DNA of 62,503 nucleotides from an uncultured bacterium (GCA_903847095.1 CAINCQ010000004.1:1-62503), one strand, 5' to 3'. Positions 1 through 9,756 are shown, counted from the first letter of the stretch. The notes: generated by a model not told the origin, from the letters alone. Numbers and translations are program-made.

Positions 1-2
1 AC

Positions 3-1142
3 TATACCTATTGGTGGAATTGCAACAACGCTTGCGCCACGGTGGCCGCTTGCCAGACTGCCTGCGGCGCGTTTGATTCGCAACAACTGAACCTTGCCGC
101 TACGACCAACTCGCTATCGCATACTTACGCGGCCGCGGGAAGTTTCACTCCAAAGGTGATCGCGGAACGCGCCGGCCTCGGCGCCGAAAGCCGCGCCACC
201 GTAACCGTCTCGGCGCCCTTAACGCTCGCGGTCGCCCTTAGCGCCGCGCCGATCTCGGGTTCCGCTCCGCTTACCACTTCACTTACCGCCACGGTTTCGG
301 GAACCGCCACCGGCACCATCAACTACACCACCTGGTGGAATTGCAACAACGCTTGTACCACAGTGGCCGCTTGCCAGACTGCCTGCGGCGCTTGGGATGA
401 CAAGGCGGATGGCGTAGTCGCGACGACCAGGAATTTAAATCATACTTACGCTGCTGTCGGAACGTACACTCCCAAGATCATCGTGGAGCGGGCGAGTTTG
501 ATTGCGGAAGACTCGGCTACCGTCGATGTTACCAATGGTTTGCCTACGGCCAGCTCGTTGATCAAACAAATTGACTATTGCGGCAGCGGATTGGCTACAA
601 TGTTCTCCTGGACTTATTCGGATCCGGAAAACGATCCCCAGACCTACCGCCAAGTGCAGGTTGATAATGACGGTGATTTTGCCTCGCCCGTGGATGATTC
701 GGGAAAAATAGGGACTGCTTCGCCCAGTTACGTGACGCTGGCTTCCAAGCTAGCTTACGATACTACTTACCATTGGCGCCTTAAGGTCTGGGACAGCAAC
801 GGTAACGATTCGGGCTGGATTGCCGGGTCGGATTTTTCGACTTCGCAACACGCTTATCCGGTAATTGCCTTCAATTGGATCCCGGCTACTCCCAAGGAAG
901 ATACGGAAATTACCTATACGGACCAGACGCAGGTTTTCGGCGGTGCTACGGTTTCCGCCCGGTCTTGGGTGATTCAAGGAGCAACACCCGGTACGTCGGT
1001 GGCCGAGGAGGTCAAGGTTATTTACGCGGTCAAGGGCGATTTTACGACCACCCTTACTATCACCGATTCCAGCGGCTATACTTGCTCACTGCAGAAAGCC
1101 GTCAAAGTCAAAAGCGGGATCCCGGATTGGGAAGAGCTTTAA
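3..1142 (+). CDS. 5'-truncated surface protein: PKD-like repeats with Cys-rich insert, FN3-like domain, C-terminal PKD, ends IPDWEEL
   Basis: The frame is open from the window edge (YTYWWNCNNACATV...). It has PKD-type HTYxxxGxYTP strands, an FN3-like WTYSDPEND...YHWRLKVWD segment and a terminal PKD (GDFTTTLTITDS). Confidence 0.8.
   Translation, partial: YTYWWNCNNACATVAACQTACGAFDSQQLNLAATTNSLSHTYAAAGSFTPKVIAERAGLGAESRATVTVSAPLTLAVALSAAPISGSAPLTTSLTATVSGTATGTINYTTWWNCNNACTTVAACQTACGAWDDKADGVVATTRNLNHTYAAVGTYTPKIIVERASLIAEDSATVDVTNGLPTASSLIKQIDYCGSGLATMFSWTYSDPENDPQTYRQVQVDNDGDFASPVDDSGKIGTASPSYVTLASKLAYDTTYHWRLKVWDSNGNDSGWIAGSDFSTSQHAYPVIAFNWIPATPKEDTEITYTDQTQVFGGATVSARSWVIQGATPGTSVAEEVKVIYAVKGDFTTTLTITDSSGYTCSLQKAVKVKSGIPDWEEL
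282..500 (+). repeat. Near-identical copy of about 3252-3470 (PKD + Cys-insert module shared by the two paralogues)
   Basis: cttaccgccacggtttcgggaaccgccaccggcaccatcaactacaccacctggtggaattgcaacaacgcttg... occurs at 282 and 3252, with a diverged copy at about 3590. Confidence 0.9.
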
Positions 1143-1290
1143 AAAAAGTTAAATTTATCGGCGAAATACTTGGGATATTTCGCGTCAGGTTTTGAGTAAA
1201 GAAGATTCTCCCCGCAAGCTTGCTGAGATCCCGCAAAATGCGGCGACAAGCTCCCGGGTTGATAATAATTTATCGTTAATCGAAAAATTT

Positions 1291-4200
1291 ATGATGCCAA
1301 GAAATAATTTTCGCGCGGTTTTATTCACGATTGCGGCTCTGGGCTTGAGTGTCGCGGGCTTGGCATCGGCGGCTTATACGAATGTTATGAATTGCGGAAC
1401 CAACGGAAACACCATTGTTCCCACCGGTCCGGCGAGCGGATCTTATACGTCGGGGCAAACCATAACTTTTTCGGGTACGGTAAAGCAAAATATCGCAACC
1501 GCCGGCTACACGTCGTATTGGAGCAGCGGCGTGATGGAATTTTATATGATGGAAGACGTCAAGGTTCCGCTTATCGACGCTTGCAACGACGAATATTATA
1601 ACCAGGAAAGCTGTTTGATATATTCTTGTTCGATGGGCGGTTCCGTTCCGGCAATGTCTCCGTCCGTGTCTTGTCCGATGAAATGGCCTGGTTGCAAGTG
1701 GGCTCCCTGTGATTCCTGTAGTGGCCGCGTTCAGGATTGGTGCGGTTCCGCAAAATTGCCGTACTGCGACGAAGTTGATACCGTTAGGACAACGGGGCGA
1801 CCAAAGTGGTTCTTCTGGGGTCCTATAACCACCCTAACGCGTCTAATGTCACCTCGTTTGATTATAATAAATCGGTTGTGATCCCGGTGGCCAGTTTTTC
1901 CGGCAATGTCCGATTTTTTGTTTATTATCGCGGTATTTACCAACGGCAAGATCCATTTGGCCGGCTCATAATACTTGGGGGTACGTCAACATCGGCTTGG
2001 GTTTGGCAGGTAGCTTATGGCACCGCAACCTATACTCCTTGCATTTGTAATTCCTGGACCGGCGGTTCCTGCGGCGCGGGTGGTTGTGGGTTTTTACAAA
2101 GACAGCAGAACCGCACTTGCAATCCGGCAGGTTGTTCTACCACAAGCCAATGCGTGAATGACGCTACCTGTTGCTCCTGTGGCGCTTGGACCAATGGTTC
2201 CTGCGGCGCCGGAGGCTGCGCGGCCACCCAGCGCCAGCAGACCCGCACTTGCAATCCGGCCAACTGTCAATCCCAAAGTCAGTGCGTGGCCGATGCGGCC
2301 TGCGGAAACGTAACTATATCCGGCCGGGTGGCCAATAATTCCGGAACCGGTTTGCCGGGTGTCGTTATCGATACCTGCGGGGCTAGTGTCACTACCGACT
2401 CAAATGGTAATTGGTCTCGAACGGTTCCATCCGGCACGTCTTATTGCGCGCGCGTCAGCAGCGGTCTGCCGGCCGGATACAGCGCGATCAAAGGTACCTC
2501 GAACAATTCTTGCAATACGAACGCGTCAACCTACGAATATCAGATTGCCGGACAAAACCAGTATGTGAATTGCGGTTATGCCGACCAACGTTCCTGGGAT
2601 CTTGCGAACGATTCCAATATTAATTTCGTCGTTGATTATCCGCCGGCTTGTTCCTGTAATTCCTGGACCAGCGGTTCCTGTGCCGCCGGAGGGTGTACCG
2701 CCACCCAGCGCCAGCAAACCCGAACTTGCAATCCGGCCAATTGTCTGGCCCAAAGCCAGTGCTTAGCCGATGCTACGTGTACATCCTGTTCTTGCGGCGC
2801 TTTTTCTAATGCCGGTTGTGCCCAAGGCGGGTGTTCCGTTGGCCAGATGTGGCAAACGAGATCCTGCAATCCGGCCAACTGCCAGGCAGAAACCAAGTGC
2901 GTAGCGGATGTTGATTGTACTTGTTCCTGCGATCCCTGGACCGGCGGTTCCTGCGGCGCGGGTGGTTGTGGAGTTTTACAAAGACAGCAGACCCGCACTT
3001 GCAATCCGGCGGCTTGTTCTACCACAAGCCAATGCGTGAATGACGCTACTTGTTGTTCGTGCGGCTCCTGGACCGATGATGATTGCGGTTTGGGCGGTTG
3101 TGCTTCAGACAAGATGCGCCAGATCCGTATTTGCAATCCGGCCGGTTGCGAAACCGAATCAAAATGTTCGGTCAGTGCGAGCTGTCCCAGGAGTTTGAAC
3201 GTAACCTTGGTTGCCAATCCGAACTTCGGCAGCGCTCCCTTAGCCGCCGTTCTTACCGCCACGGTTTCGGGAACCGCCACCGGCACCATCAACTACACCA
3301 CCTGGTGGAATTGCAACAACGCTTGCGCCACGGTAGCCGCTTGCCAGACTGCCTGCGGCGCTTGGGATGACAAGGCGGATGGCGTAGTGACGCCGACCAG
3401 GAATTTAAATCATACTTACACTGCTATCGGAACCTACACTCCCAAGATCATCGTGGAGCGGGCGAGCTTGATTGTGGAAGATAATAATACCGTAACCGTG
3501 TCTTCCGGTGGCGGACCGACTTCGCTTTCGGCGGAAATTGTGGCCGCTCCGTCTTCGGGGGCGGTTCCGCTTAATACAACCTTGACAATGACCGTTTCGG
3601 GGACTGCTACCGGAACCATCAATTACACCACCTGGTGGAATTGCAATAATACTTGCGCTACCGTGGCCGGCTGTCAGACCGCTTGCGGGAGCTGGGACGA
3701 CAAAGCCGATGGCTTGGCCGTGACTAACAAGGTCTTGAACCATACTTATGCTAGCGCCGGAACTTTCACTCCCAAGGTCATTGTTGAACGGGCCAGTCTG
3801 ATTGCCGATGATGACGATACGGTGACAGTGGTAGTTGGCAATAATCCTCCGACAGCCGATACCCTGACCAAACAGAATGATTTTTGCGCTTCCGGTTTGG
3901 CTACAATGTTTTCCTGGAATTATACCGATCCGGAGAATGATCCGCAAACTTTCCGCCAGGTCCAAGTCGACAATGATTCTGATTTTTCATCGCCCGCCGA
4001 CGATTCGGGCAAAGTTGCTTCAATATCAAACAGCTACGTAACACTGGCTTCCAAGCTAGCTTACGATACTACTTACCGCTGGCGTCTTAAGGTGTGGGAT
4101 AATAAGGGAAATGAGTCGGATTGGATCAGTGGTTCCGATTTTTCTATGCCGCTTCACAGTTATCCGCTCATAGCTTTCAGCTGGAGTCCGGCTGAGCCCA

Positions 4201-4448
4201 AAGAAAACGATGAAGTGACTTATACCGATCAAACGCAGGTTTTCGGAGGGGCCACTGTTTCCGCGCGCTCCTGGGTCATTGAAGCCGCAACCCCGAATAC
4301 TTCCGTGGCTGCCCAAGTAAAAGCGGTTTATGAGACCAAGGGAACCTATAAGACGACCCTTACCATTACCGATTCCAACGGATATACTTGTTCGTTGGAG
4401 AAAAGCGTCAAGGTTAAGAGCAGAATCCCTGATTGGGAGGAGCTTTAG
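1291..4448 (+). CDS. Large secreted Cys-rich adhesin-like protein (about 1050 aa) split by one frameshift near 1786; six TSP1-like repeats, carboxypeptidase-regulatory-like domain, PKD x2, FN3, PKD
   Basis: The ORF from ATG 1291 has a signal peptide (MMPRNNFRAVLFTIAALGLSVAGLASA). The 880-aa ORF (1806-4448) has no signal peptide and its frame opens just after TAG 1785-1787 (DNGATKVVLL). One extra base at GTT AGG ACA joins the two. Confidence 0.7.
2053..2172 (+). repeat. Intragenic TSP1-like module duplicated at about 2935-3054
   Basis: cctggaccggcggttcctgcggcgcgggtggttgtgg...tgcgtgaatgacgctac is repeated at offset 882 nt, in frame. Confidence 0.9.
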
Positions 4449-4554
4449 GCAAATTATTCTCCGGACTTCTACCGATACGCTTAAACTTAAAGAGTTATTG
4501 ACATCGATTATGAATAATGCAATCTTGCATTAAAGAGTTTGTTTGGTTCGAGGG

Positions 4555-4758
4555 ATGAATTTGGGGACGATCGACGAAAGAATAAAGGCCTTGGAAGATG
4601 GTGCCAACGAGGAATTGATCGAAATTTTATTGGAATTATCCAGGATCATGGAAGAAGAACTGGGTAGAAATTTAAAACCTCTAAAAAGAAGGATCAGAGC
4701 CTTGAAACGAAATCATCCAAAGCCGGGGCAAAACCGCCTACAGCAACCGAAAGCTTGA
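4555..4758 (+). CDS. Small helical hypothetical protein
   Basis: TTGACA at 4498, ATG at 4555, and a terminator hairpin overlapping the stop. Confidence 0.6.
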   Translation: MNLGTIDERIKALEDGANEELIEILLELSRIMEEELGRNLKPLKRRIRALKRNHPKPGQNRLQQPKA

Positions 4759-4772
4759 CTTTCGGTTTTTTT
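4745..4772 (+). terminator. Rho-independent terminator
   Basis: AACCGAAAG-CTTGA-CTTTCGGTT followed by a T-run. Confidence 0.8.
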
Positions 4773-4787
4773 ATACCTTTTCTTATC

Positions 4788-4816
4788 TTGACAACATCAA
4801 AAATGTTCTGTATTTT
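4788..4816 (+). promoter_or_regulatory. Sigma70-type promoter of the 4867-9743 operon
   Basis: TTGACA-17 nt-TATTTT; SD AGGAGGT at about 4848. Confidence 0.6.
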
Positions 4817-4866
4817 AAAGCCTTGAGTTTCAGTACATTGTAAATATCAGGAGGTATATCGGAAAT

Positions 4867-5127
4867 ATGGATTCAGGAATTATTTTGGCGGGAAAGCGGA
4901 TTGACCGTCGTAAAACACCGGTTTTGGTGCTGATTGCCGGCAAAACCGGTGCGGGTAAAAGCATCTTTGCGTAGAAACTTTCCGGTGGCCCTGTTTTGGC
5001 CTCGATCGTTCGTCTGAACGATTATCCCGATGCGGTCAAGATGTTCTTACGTGAAGAAAAACCTTTGAATGAAATGCAGGCCGATTGCCAAATGGCGTTG
5101 GCTGATCTGATAGTTGAAGGTAAATAA
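4867..5127 (+). pseudogene. Degenerate P-loop (NMP/nucleoside kinase-like) gene with in-frame TAG; absent from the ORF track
   Basis: MDSGIILAGKRIDRRKTPVLVLIAGKTGAGKSIFA*KLSGG...ALADLIVEGK*. It has a Walker A after a hydrophobic strand, TAG at 4972-4974 and a kinase-like ADLIV end. It is too short for an intact kinase. Confidence 0.6.
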
Positions 5128-5139
5128 GGAGGAAAGAGA

Positions 5140-6240
5140 ATGGCTGGAGAAAAGTTGGTGGAAATGAAAGCATACTGCCAAAAAGCAATGTCCTGTAAGA
5201 ATCCGGAGCAGCTTTTCGGCGAATTGACGGGGGATACTTCAAAGGAACGTTTGGATAAGCTGAAAAAAGAATATGTCAGGCTTCTTTATTTGTATCACCC
5301 CGAAGCGAACAAAGGGGAAAGCGAAGAGCTGCTTTGCGTGGCCGGGAAGATTACCAACGTCGTAATCTACCTTTATTCGCTGGCGGAAAAAAGGATCAAT
5401 CTTGGTATCTACGGATCCTCCGATCCGGGGAGTTCAAAAAAACCGCAATACGAACCGCTCAAAACCCAGCATCACGGATATGCCATCAGTCGATTATTGG
5501 CGGAGGACAATGATTCCCGCGTTTATGCGGCTCGGATGGACGAGGCGGCGGACGAAAACGTTTGTTTGAAAATTGCCAAGGAACCGGCAGCCAACAAACG
5601 TTTGTTGACCGAATTGGAGGTTTTGGAATACGTCCGTCATTACCAGTTGCCCAAGCCGATCGATGCATTCATGACCGAGGATGGACTAATGGTTTTGGTC
5701 CAAGAGCTGATCGACGGTTTTGATTTGTTTTCGATCCTTGCGATGCCGCGATACCAAAACGGTATTCCCCAAGAGCATGTGGCTTGGATCGCGGACCGGG
5801 GGTTAAACATTATTGGGAAAGTCCATACGCTGGGAAGGTTGCATGGAAACATCACGCCATCCCATTTAATGGTCAGATCGCGGGATCATAGCGTTTTCCT
5901 TATTGGCTTTACCGAGTCGGTGAAAAAAGTCGGAGGGCGTTACGGTTTTAAAGCCGATATTTATGGCGCGCCCGAGATAACAAAAGACGCGCCCTTAATG
6001 ACTCAAAGCGATCTTTACGCCTTTGGCAAATGCCTTATTCTTGCCCTGGGAGGAGATCCGGTTACCAACCGGTTGCCGGAATCGGTCAATCCAAAAATCG
6101 TTGATTTTTTAGCCGGTTTGGTCCGCGTTGATCCTAACCTTCGGGAAGGTGATGCTTGGGGCGCCTGGCATCGCTGGTCGGATCTGCGCTTGGAGTTATT
6201 TGGGGAGCGGCGTAGTTTCAAATATTTTGCAGTCGATTAG
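5140..6240 (+). CDS. J-domain-like N-terminus fused to a Ser/Thr kinase-fold domain (probable pseudokinase)
   Basis: LKKEYVRLLYLYHPEAN is J-domain-like (HPD changed to HPE). Kinase motifs: VCLKIA, ELEVL, LVQELIDG, HGNITPSH (HRD Asp lost), IGFT (DFG lost), YGAPE, QSDLYAFG. Confidence 0.8.
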   Translation: MAGEKLVEMKAYCQKAMSCKNPEQLFGELTGDTSKERLDKLKKEYVRLLYLYHPEANKGESEELLCVAGKITNVVIYLYSLAEKRINLGIYGSSDPGSSKKPQYEPLKTQHHGYAISRLLAEDNDSRVYAARMDEAADENVCLKIAKEPAANKRLLTELEVLEYVRHYQLPKPIDAFMTEDGLMVLVQELIDGFDLFSILAMPRYQNGIPQEHVAWIADRGLNIIGKVHTLGRLHGNITPSHLMVRSRDHSVFLIGFTESVKKVGGRYGFKADIYGAPEITKDAPLMTQSDLYAFGKCLILALGGDPVTNRLPESVNPKIVDFLAGLVRVDPNLREGDAWGAWHRWSDLRLELFGERRSFKYFAVD

Positions 6241-6381
6241 GCCAAAGCGGGGAAGTTTGGAAGCAAGCTTTCCCGCTACCAATTTTTTACAGCCCGCTGG
6301 CCATAAATTATTTAGGGGTAGCGGGCTGCAAATAACTGCAGCGCAAAAGCACTTTAAAAATAAACGGGGAAGGTGAAAAAA

Positions 6382-7338
6382 ATGAGCAGTTTTGACCACG
6401 AAGAACCGGTGCGTAGAAGCAGCAGTCATCCTTTCACAAAAGATTCGGGCGCCCGCGAGTTTTCCCTTGAGTCTCAGGCGGAAATGAGCGAACGTTCGGA
6501 GCCGGATAAAAGCGTCATACCCAAAAACCGGGTAATAAAAGTGGAGGTCGGTGAGGTTGTTGTTTTTATTATCATCGATTATACGGGATCGATGGGAGGA
6601 GACTCCTGCATCTTGAGGGATAAAGAAGCGCTGCTTTGGGATCAGCTCCGGAATTACCTCGGCAGTTTGCTGGTTTGCATGGGCGGCGTGGGCGATGCCC
6701 ATGGCGACCGATACCCCTTGCAACTGGCGGGGTTGGCCAGGGGCGGTGCCATAAAGGATGAATTACTCAAAACGTTTGTCGAAGGAAAGGGCGGTTCCGG
6801 CTGGCGGGAATCCTACGAGCTGATGGCTTACTATCTCCTCAACAATATCGAGGTTGCGGAGGCAAAAAAATCTTTTGTTTTCTTTTTCGCCGACGAAGGG
6901 TACTACGACGAAGTTTCGGTTTCGCAAGTCAGAAAATTCATCGGCGGTGAGGCCAAGGCAATCGATTCCATAGAGGTCTTCCGCAAGCTTTCGGAGAAAT
7001 TCAACGTGTATCTGATTCATCGCCGGTACGCGGATAGCGATGCCGATACCATGATCGTGGATCTTTGGTCGGCCGCGATTGGCGACGACCATGTGCTGCG
7101 GCTTCAGACGCCCAACGCCGTTGTTGATTATCTCTTGGGCGTTGTCGCCCTGCATTCGGGACGGACTCTTGCCGAATACGACGAAGATATGAAAAAACGG
7201 GGTCAGACGGAAGAGCGGCGGACGGAAGTGCGCCTTGCTCTGGAAAATTTAAGCAAGGTTCTGGTTTTCGAACAAGCACGCGCGCCATCGGCTGAAAAAG
7301 GAGCGATCGATAGAAGCAGTCCTGGCCAAAGGCTATGA
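6382..7338 (+). CDS. vWA-domain protein
   Basis: MIDAS-like IIDYTGSMG, GGVGD, EGKGG...ESYEL, FFFADEG. Confidence 0.8.
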   Translation: MSSFDHEEPVRRSSSHPFTKDSGAREFSLESQAEMSERSEPDKSVIPKNRVIKVEVGEVVVFIIIDYTGSMGGDSCILRDKEALLWDQLRNYLGSLLVCMGGVGDAHGDRYPLQLAGLARGGAIKDELLKTFVEGKGGSGWRESYELMAYYLLNNIEVAEAKKSFVFFFADEGYYDEVSVSQVRKFIGGEAKAIDSIEVFRKLSEKFNVYLIHRRYADSDADTMIVDLWSAAIGDDHVLRLQTPNAVVDYLLGVVALHSGRTLAEYDEDMKKRGQTEERRTEVRLALENLSKVLVFEQARAPSAEKGAIDRSSPGQRL

Positions 7339-7381
7339 CAAGGAAAGCCAACAAGGCTTTCTTTTTTCAACCAAACAGGAG

Positions 7382-8347
7382 GTGATGGATTTGTGGTATG
7401 CGACTTTGCCGGCGCCGCATTTGCGCCAAATGGCGGTTGTGGCTAAAGAACCCCTGATCGAAGGCGTGCGTTACAACATTGGGTCGCGGACCCTCTGGAA
7501 TCCATCGGAAACCATCGATCGGATTCTAATGGTTGTAAGGAAAAAGGAATTCTGGCTTGACCTCAAAGGCGGCCAGCCGCGCGTGGAGCGCTGGTCGATA
7601 CCCCCGGCCGGGCAGATTATTTTAAACCATAAGATAATCAGCCTTGATTTGCCGGCTGAAATTCTTTTCCGGCACGAGGACGAATGGCTGGATATTGTCG
7701 CCTTCAAGGGCAACGAGATCTTTGTCGATCCGCCGCCTAGAGTTACCGGCCAGGGGCAAGCGGCAAATATCCGGGGAACAAACCTTAAATTTGATGGATA
7801 CCTGACTGCCGAAGACGTCGCTTTTATTGAGGCGGGGCGGGATATCGGGATCCACCGGTACATGCTTTCCTACGTGGAAAAAGCCAGCGATATTGAGGCC
7901 CTGCTGGCTCTTGATCCGAAAGCCGAGATTGTGGCTAAAATCGAGACGTCAAAAGGTTTGGATTTCGTTCTTAATGTTTATCCATCCTTTGACCAAAAAG
8001 TCCGGCTCTTGGCAGCCTGCGACGATCTTTATATCAATATCGGCGAAGACATGATGCTGGATGCCCTTTATTCCATCGTGAGTGCCAATCCAAAAGCCAT
8101 CGCCGCATCGAGGTTGTTTCCATCGCTGCAGGACGCCAAGAAGGTTTCGCTGTCGGATCTAAGCCACTATTACCTTCTGCAAGCGATGGGCTACCGGTCA
8201 TTCATGTTGTCGGACCGATTGTGCGCGCACCCGGAATCTTTTTTCAGGGCAATAAAACAGCTGAAAAGATTGAAAGAATCGAATTACCAGCCCGCATGGA
8301 GGGAAAGTGTCCGCCATTATATTGAGAGGTTTGGGTTTTGGCGATGA
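7382..8347 (+). CDS. Pyruvate kinase-like barrel protein lacking the C-terminal regulatory domain
   Basis: DLKGGQPR (cf. DTKGPEIR), LSYVE (SFVR), IVAKIET (IIAKIE), LAACDDL (VARGDL), FMLSD (MLSGE); SD GGAGGTGA. Confidence 0.75.
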   Translation: MMDLWYATLPAPHLRQMAVVAKEPLIEGVRYNIGSRTLWNPSETIDRILMVVRKKEFWLDLKGGQPRVERWSIPPAGQIILNHKIISLDLPAEILFRHEDEWLDIVAFKGNEIFVDPPPRVTGQGQAANIRGTNLKFDGYLTAEDVAFIEAGRDIGIHRYMLSYVEKASDIEALLALDPKAEIVAKIETSKGLDFVLNVYPSFDQKVRLLAACDDLYINIGEDMMLDALYSIVSANPKAIAASRLFPSLQDAKKVSLSDLSHYYLLQAMGYRSFMLSDRLCAHPESFFRAIKQLKRLKESNYQPAWRESVRHYIERFGFWR

Positions 8348-9743
8348 AGGCAAGGGGACAATCACGGATTTTTTGGCCCGGACATTGGGCGTAAAAACCG
8401 TAATCCGCGACAGCGGCGGGCCGCAAGCCGGTCACCGGGTAGTCGATGAAGCGGCACGCGAACACGTGTTCAGCCAGTTTTCTTCGGCAACTTTCCAAGC
8501 GGACGTGAAAGGCTATTTGTCGGGCGATATGATCTTTAAGATCCCGAATTTTTTTAACGAAGCCAGGGCGCTGGAAAAAAAGAAGATTGCCGGCGCGGCC
8601 GAACGGGTCAGGATCGATCCGGGGTGTGCGTTGGTAACTCCGTTGCACGCAATGCTTAACCAGATCAAAGCCCTGGCTCGGATAAAAAACCCGTATGGCA
8701 GCGTAGGAGTGGGAGTTGGCGAGGCGGTTTATGACCGAGATCAAACACCCGATTTTGCCTTATATGTCCGCGATTGTTTAAACGAAGAAATTTTGAATAA
8801 AAAGATCGACCGGCATTTTGAGCAGAAATTTGCCGCGGCGAAAGAAATCGTGGCCAGGAATCCGAGAAACCAGGCGATCGCTGAAATTTACGCCGAAAAC
8901 CGGCACTGGATAACCAAAAAAAGGATTTTGGAACAATGTGCCGCATTCCGGGTAGACTGCGGGCATTTATTGGAAAAGCCGGTCGATTTTTTCGGGGCCT
9001 TAAATTCGGGTGAGCCGATTATTTTTGAAGGCGCGCAGGGCGCGTTACTTGATCCCGCCTGGGGTTTTTGGCCCCATGTCACCAAGACTTGCGCGACGGC
9101 CAAAACGGCCAAAATACTTGTCGACAAACACCTGGCTGGAAAAAAAATGGTCAAGATCGGGATCCTTCGCGCTTATTCGACCCGGCATGGCTTTGGCCCA
9201 TTCGTATGCGAGGAATCGAATTTTCCCGCCCGCCTGCTGGATAAGCAAAAGGTTGTTCATCCTTGGCAGGGGGAATTCCGAGCCGGATGGTTCGATCTGC
9301 CCGCAGCGCGTTATGGCCTTACCGCCAATAACGGTATTGATTCTCTGGCTCTGACGAACCTGGACCGATTGTCCGCTTTCCGGAAAGTGAAAGTTTGTAC
9401 GGCCTATCATTATTGCGGCAAACAGCTGGGGCTGGTTGATCGGTTTTTCGAATGGACTCCGTGTACCGGCGGTGCGCGCTTGGAAGCGTTCAAGCCCGGA
9501 AAAACCGGGGAAGACAAAACGGGATTGGCCAGGATTTTATTCGAATGCGAACCGATAAAGTATCGGATATTTCCGGGTTGGAAATTACCGATATCCCACG
9601 TCAGGGAATTCGGGAAACTGCCCAAGGAGGCCAGGAATTATATATCCTTCCTTGAATCGGAAGAAGGTTTGGATGTTCCGGTTTCGGTCATTTCGGTCGG
9701 GGAGAGGAGCGACCAGAAGTTTTTAAATAATCCCTTGTGGTAA
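8307..9743 (+). CDS. purA: Divergent adenylosuccinate synthetase (PurA-family) paralogue
   Basis: GDEGKG, GGPQAGH, EGAQG, PHVT, YSTRHGFGPF, RAGWFD, TNLD, PGW, SVG. The substrate loops differ from canonical PurA. Confidence 0.85.
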   Translation: MSAIILRGLGFGDEGKGTITDFLARTLGVKTVIRDSGGPQAGHRVVDEAAREHVFSQFSSATFQADVKGYLSGDMIFKIPNFFNEARALEKKKIAGAAERVRIDPGCALVTPLHAMLNQIKALARIKNPYGSVGVGVGEAVYDRDQTPDFALYVRDCLNEEILNKKIDRHFEQKFAAAKEIVARNPRNQAIAEIYAENRHWITKKRILEQCAAFRVDCGHLLEKPVDFFGALNSGEPIIFEGAQGALLDPAWGFWPHVTKTCATAKTAKILVDKHLAGKKMVKIGILRAYSTRHGFGPFVCEESNFPARLLDKQKVVHPWQGEFRAGWFDLPAARYGLTANNGIDSLALTNLDRLSAFRKVKVCTAYHYCGKQLGLVDRFFEWTPCTGGARLEAFKPGKTGEDKTGLARILFECEPIKYRIFPGWKLPISHVREFGKLPKEARNYISFLESEEGLDVPVSVISVGERSDQKFLNNPLW

Positions 9744-9756
9744 ACAGGGGATTTTT
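9729..9756 (+). terminator. Terminator ending the operon
   Basis: AATCCCTTGT-GGTAA-ACAGGGGATT followed by T's, overlapping the stop. Confidence 0.7.

Noticed and set aside
282..3700. CRISPR array or DGR template/variable repeat
   Set aside because: The repeats are in-frame protein modules. There are no spacers, the differences are not adenine-specific, and there is no cas or reverse transcriptase gene.
8307..9743. PurZ / Z-genome pathway
   Set aside because: The catalytic Asp of GDEGKG is retained, and there is no datZ/mazZ or phage context in the window.
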